Below, piece after piece: positions 60,600-64,000 of a stretch of DNA of 64,000 nt. The DNA is taken from positions 1,312,001-1,376,000 of the forward strand of contig OZ219926.1 in the NCBI GenBank assembly GCA_964291405.2, read 5' to 3'. Positions within the stretch are counted from its first letter, which is position 1, and the number at the start of each line of letters is the position of its first letter. The notes under the pieces were generated by a model, which worked only from the letters and a program-made list of their open reading frames with translations, was not told the DNA's origin and made no database searches. The position numbers and the translations under genes are program-made. This stretch comes from Thermodesulfobacteriota bacterium. GTDB lineage: Bacteria; Desulfobacterota; Binatia; Bin18.

Positions 60600-61026
60600 T
60601 GATCACGAGTCTCCTCTCTACCCAAGTGTTCTGCTCAGCCGCCACGCTTCGGAGCCGTAGTGTACTCAAGCAAATCCAACACTTTTCACTACCCGCAGCA
60701 AGAGCCAGCTGGCTGGTTCGGTGCACGGTCCCATCAACAATCTCTTTCGTGTTGAGCGCCATCTACTGAAAGCCGCGCATTATCGACTGCTCCTTGCTCG
60801 GGCCTTTACGACGTAGCGAGAGATGACGTATGTCCAGCATGCAGCCTAACGGAAACACACAGTGACCTCCGCATATGATGCTCTTCGCCTTTTTCTTAAT
60901 AACTTGACAAAACCCTGCGAAGTTAGCACGATGATTCCGGTGGGACCGGTGACGTCTGGTCTGTCCCTTGCCTTTCATACCTGACAATACCGTTTTAGAG
61001 TCTTTCAATCACAGGAGCTTGAAGCC

Positions 61027-61383
61027 ATGGCTAATCCATTATTTTCCAAGATAGGTAACAAAACGGTTACACCCATCGAAACTGACCTCGACGGCTGGAA
61101 GAAGGTCGAAGGTCACCCGACTATGAAGACTTGGATCGAATACACCTCGGATGACAAATCGATGATCAGTGGCTGGTGGGAAGCTACACCCGGCACCTAC
61201 CATGCAAGCTACGAATCCTGGGAATTCGTCCACCTGATTGAAGGCCAGATCACGATCACGCCAGATGGAGGTTCTCCGCAGCAGGTCGGCCCCGGAGATG
61301 CGTTCGTGGTTGAAAAGGGCTTCAAGGGAACCTGGAAAATCCAGCAAAAGGCACTCAAGCATTTTGCTATTAAACTGCAATAG
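61027..61383 (+). CDS. cupin (DUF861/EutQ-like)
   Basis: SGWWEATPG.Y...Y..WEFVHLIEG.ITITPDGG....GPGDAF....GFKGTW. Confidence 0.9.
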   Translation: MANPLFSKIGNKTVTPIETDLDGWKKVEGHPTMKTWIEYTSDDKSMISGWWEATPGTYHASYESWEFVHLIEGQITITPDGGSPQQVGPGDAFVVEKGFKGTWKIQQKALKHFAIKLQ

Positions 61384-61752
61384 TGGGCCTTCAGCTCGGG
61401 AAGCTGGCATACGGTTTCGAGGATATGCGGAGCACAGTATATTTGAGGCGTCATGCCGAGTTCCGGATCATGCCGAGTTTTGACCTCTCATCCCTCTGCG
61501 ACTCAATCAGGTTGGTGGGTTCCCATTCTCTCTACTCGGGGAACGATATCTACCTGCCAGAAAGTGGGCCATTTGCTGGCAGAGCGAGGGTGGAAGGCGG
61601 GAGGCCGGACGTGTGGGAAAGTAGAGCCAGACTCGACTATCCACCCAAGCCATATGGAAAGATCATAAAGTGGGATATCCCCGCAGCATTTGCGGAAGAA
61701 GTCCCATTAGTCGAGTCTGACCCCATATATCGAGCGTGGTTATCGCACGCGA

Positions 61753-62045
61753 TCAAAGCTGCGGCGCTACCTCAGAAAGAAAGCGCGCGATCTGCCCCCT
61801 CTGGTCGTATGAAGGGAAACGGATGATCATCGTTTGCACGTCGGCCGCGTCGAACGCGCGCAGCCGCTCTACACACTCCGTGGGTGCACCGTAGCCGGTC
61901 CAGACGTTCACTTTCCATTCCGGCCAATCCGAACTGTAGTGCTCATCGAGGAAACGCTTACTTTCCGTGTATGCGGCTACACGGTCGTCGTTGATGTTGA
62001 GGTTGAAGTACAGTGCATTTTCCATCCGTGCGGGCTCTCTGCCAT
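61753..62045 (-). pseudogene. C-terminal remnant of an LLM-class oxidoreductase
   Basis: YG.P.ECVERLRAF.AA.V..MIIRF.S.DQ..Q..RF..EVAP; no N-terminal part. Confidence 0.65.
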
Positions 62046-62240
62046 GGTTAACGGTGGCGGTAAGAATCTCCTGCTAAGCCATGCTGAACTGTTTCGGCGT
62101 CGCACCTACTGTCATCCACCCAGGCAGAGAAGTACCCATAAAAGTTCTAGCCTAAATCAGGTTCCGTACAATCATTACTTCTTATAGCACCTCACCATAT
62201 CAAATAAGGCTTGGCTTCCACTCTGAGTTAGGAGCAACAC

Positions 62241-63278
62241 ATGAAAACATCCATCATGATCGGCGGAGCGACGTATACCGATATGCAGGGCATGGTTGAG
62301 TTTGTCCAACACGCTGAGCGTGTTGGCGTCGATCATGTCTGGTCGGCCGAGGGGTGGAGCCAGGATGCGGCAACATCCCTTGCCTATCTCGCTGGCCAGA
62401 CTGAGCGCATCATCCTCGGCACCGGTATTATGCAGATCAGCGCCCGTGCGCCGTCTATGATGGCTATGACAGCCCTGTCCTTACACGATCTCTCCGGAGG
62501 ACGCTTCATCCTGGGCTTGGGAACAAGCGGCCCTCAAGTTGTAGAAGGGTTGCAGGGCGTCCCATTTCACGCGCCGCTTACCCGACTGAAAGAGACAGTC
62601 GATATTATCCGCATGGCTTTTCGAGGTGAGAAGCTACGCTATGAAGGCAAGCTCCATACCCTGCCGCGACCGGGTGGTGAGGGCAAGGCGCTCCGGCTTG
62701 ACCATAAGCCCGTGGACATCCCCATCTTTCTGGCAACCCTGGCACCCAAGGCGCTTGAATATACAGGCGCAGCGTCAGATGGTTGGCTAGGTACCTCATT
62801 TTCGCCTGAGTGTCCCGAAGCCCATCTGGCTTATATTCGCAAAGGGGCAGAAGCAGCAGGACGAAAACTCAGCGACATTTCCCTGCATGCTGGGTGCGTG
62901 GTTGCGCTTGGCGACAATGTCGAGGAGCTCATCAACATGCGCAAGCCGTCTGTCGCCTTTAGTATGGGCGCTATGGGCTCGGCCACAACGAATTTTTACA
63001 ACGCGGCCTTCCAACGCGCAGGGTTCGAAGACGATGCCAAAGCCATTCAACAACTATGGAGTAAGGGAAAACGCAAAGAAGCCGCAGAGCGCGTTCCGGA
63101 CGCTATGGTGACGCAGTTCGGGGCTGTCGGGACCCCAGACATGATTCGTAAACGCTTTCAAAAATACAAAGACGTGGGAATTGACGGACTCACACTACGC
63201 ATTGAAGCCGCAGATCATGCGAAACGCATGGCAGATCTCGAACAAGTTATGGATGTGGTTGGCTCGATTGAAAAGTGA
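62241..63278 (+). CDS. LLM-class (F420-dependent type) oxidoreductase
   Basis: VWSAEGWSQDA, LGTGIMQISARAP, LSGGRFILGLGTSGPQVVEG, IPIFLA.L.PK, VGTP. Confidence 0.93.
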   Translation: MKTSIMIGGATYTDMQGMVEFVQHAERVGVDHVWSAEGWSQDAATSLAYLAGQTERIILGTGIMQISARAPSMMAMTALSLHDLSGGRFILGLGTSGPQVVEGLQGVPFHAPLTRLKETVDIIRMAFRGEKLRYEGKLHTLPRPGGEGKALRLDHKPVDIPIFLATLAPKALEYTGAASDGWLGTSFSPECPEAHLAYIRKGAEAAGRKLSDISLHAGCVVALGDNVEELINMRKPSVAFSMGAMGSATTNFYNAAFQRAGFEDDAKAIQQLWSKGKRKEAAERVPDAMVTQFGAVGTPDMIRKRFQKYKDVGIDGLTLRIEAADHAKRMADLEQVMDVVGSIEK

Positions 63279-63360
63279 ACTGATAACGCCTTTTCCTGAG
63301 ATGGGACCTTTTATTATCGCGGAAGACACGCAATTACCATATCTGTTCAAAGGAGCAAAG

Positions 63361-64000
63361 ATGCACGACAACGACCAAGCCATGCGCGAGTTTGCCAAGA
63401 CCTTAGCGCTGCCAGAATTTGAAGAAGCCGCTTTCACGAAACCACCACCGCTGCGAGAGGCGCACGTGGCGATCGTGACCAGCGCTGCGCTCCACCGAAT
63501 CGGCAGCCCCAAGTGGAAGGTTGAGGATTTCCACTTTGAGACCTTGCCGAATGACGCCCGCGATCTGAAGCTCGGCCACCTGAGCCCGAACTTTGATCGG
63601 GCTGGCTTTGCCGCTGACATGAACGTCGTCTATCCGGTCGACCGCCTGCAGGAACTCTCCGATCAGGGGGTGATCGGCAGCGTCGCTAATTACCACTACG
63701 CCTTCGCCGGCAACCAACCCGAAGGGCTATCCGCGCTGCGTTTGGATACTGGTCCGGCCTGCGCTCACAAGATGCGTGAGGATGGAGTGGATGTTGTCCT
63801 GCTCACTCCGGTTTGACCGCTGTGTCCGCGTACCGTGTGTACGCTGGCCCACGTCTTCGAGGCGGCTGGTCTGTCAACGGTCGTGATCTCACCGATGCGT
63901 GATGTTGCAGAACGCATGCGTCCACCACGCGTACTGTATGCAGAATTTCCATTAGGGCTGCCTCTCGGCAAGCCCCGCGACGCGGCCTATCAGCACCGGG
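63361..64000 (+). CDS. PrdB/GrdB-like reductase selenoprotein (UxxC, Sec at TGA 63814-63816), runs off the window
   Basis: PL....VAIVTSA.LH, D.N.V.P.DRL.EL...G.IG.VA, DGVDVVLLTPV-U-PLC, continuing GLSTV..RPPR.L...FPLG.PLG.P; SECIS-like hairpin 63828-63844. Confidence 0.9.
63828..63844 (+). promoter_or_regulatory. bacterial SECIS-like stem-loop
   Basis: gcgtac-cgtgt-gtacgc; loop starts 18 nt after TGA. Confidence 0.7.

Noticed and set aside
60574-61008. Small ORFs or a riboswitch upstream of the DmmA-like fragment
   Set aside because: No recognisable protein or RNA motif; treated as intergenic promoter region
61383-61826. 147-aa ORF downstream of the cupin
   Set aside because: No RBS or recognisable motifs; overlaps the LLM remnant on the opposite strand
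28423-63300. Integron cassette array explaining the stand-alone genes
   Set aside because: No integrase, no recurring attC-like RYYYAAC/GTTRRRY repeats, and mixed gene orientations
1-64000. Genome-wide UGA reassignment (Trp/Gly code)
   Set aside because: Many genes end properly at TGA and Trp is encoded by TGG; readthrough evidence is limited to three Cys-equivalent sites with hairpins

Overview
Bacterial, GC-rich, gene-dense window dominated by catabolic and redox enzymes: 3 luciferase-like monooxygenases (LLM) plus 2 remnants, 4 amidohydrolase_2 proteins, 2 class III CoA-transferases, crotonyl-CoA carboxylase/reductase, 2 cytochromes P450, tandem-duplicated SDRs and Baeyer-Villiger monooxygenases, 2 epoxide hydrolases, 2 GSTs, 2 GFA-like proteins, 2 CmcJ/NvfI-like oxidoreductases, TauD, a sulfotransferase and an aminotransferase. 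It also carries an ECF sigma/anti-sigma/Spy-CpxP module, a SmaI-like type II restriction-modification pair, MazEF-like and HigBA toxin-antitoxin loci, a TIMP-like secreted protein and several gene and IS scars. The repertoire resembles Binatia/Entotheonella-type (often sponge-associated) genomes, which is inference only. Main hidden signal: three genes that the ORF track cuts at TGA continue in frame. In each the TGA sits at a Cys-equivalent position and is followed 18-25 nt later by a stem-loop whose loop starts C-G (bacterial SECIS-like). They are an AhpD-like CFYU protein (TGA 30629), a PrdB/GrdB-like UxxC protein (TGA 63814) and, most novel, an Rv2258c-like class I SAM methyltransferase with CMHU (TGA 35069). 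Several small indels and a garbled, 2x-expanded TauD copy suggest residual long-read assembly error. No rRNA, tRNA, CRISPR array or intact transposase was seen.
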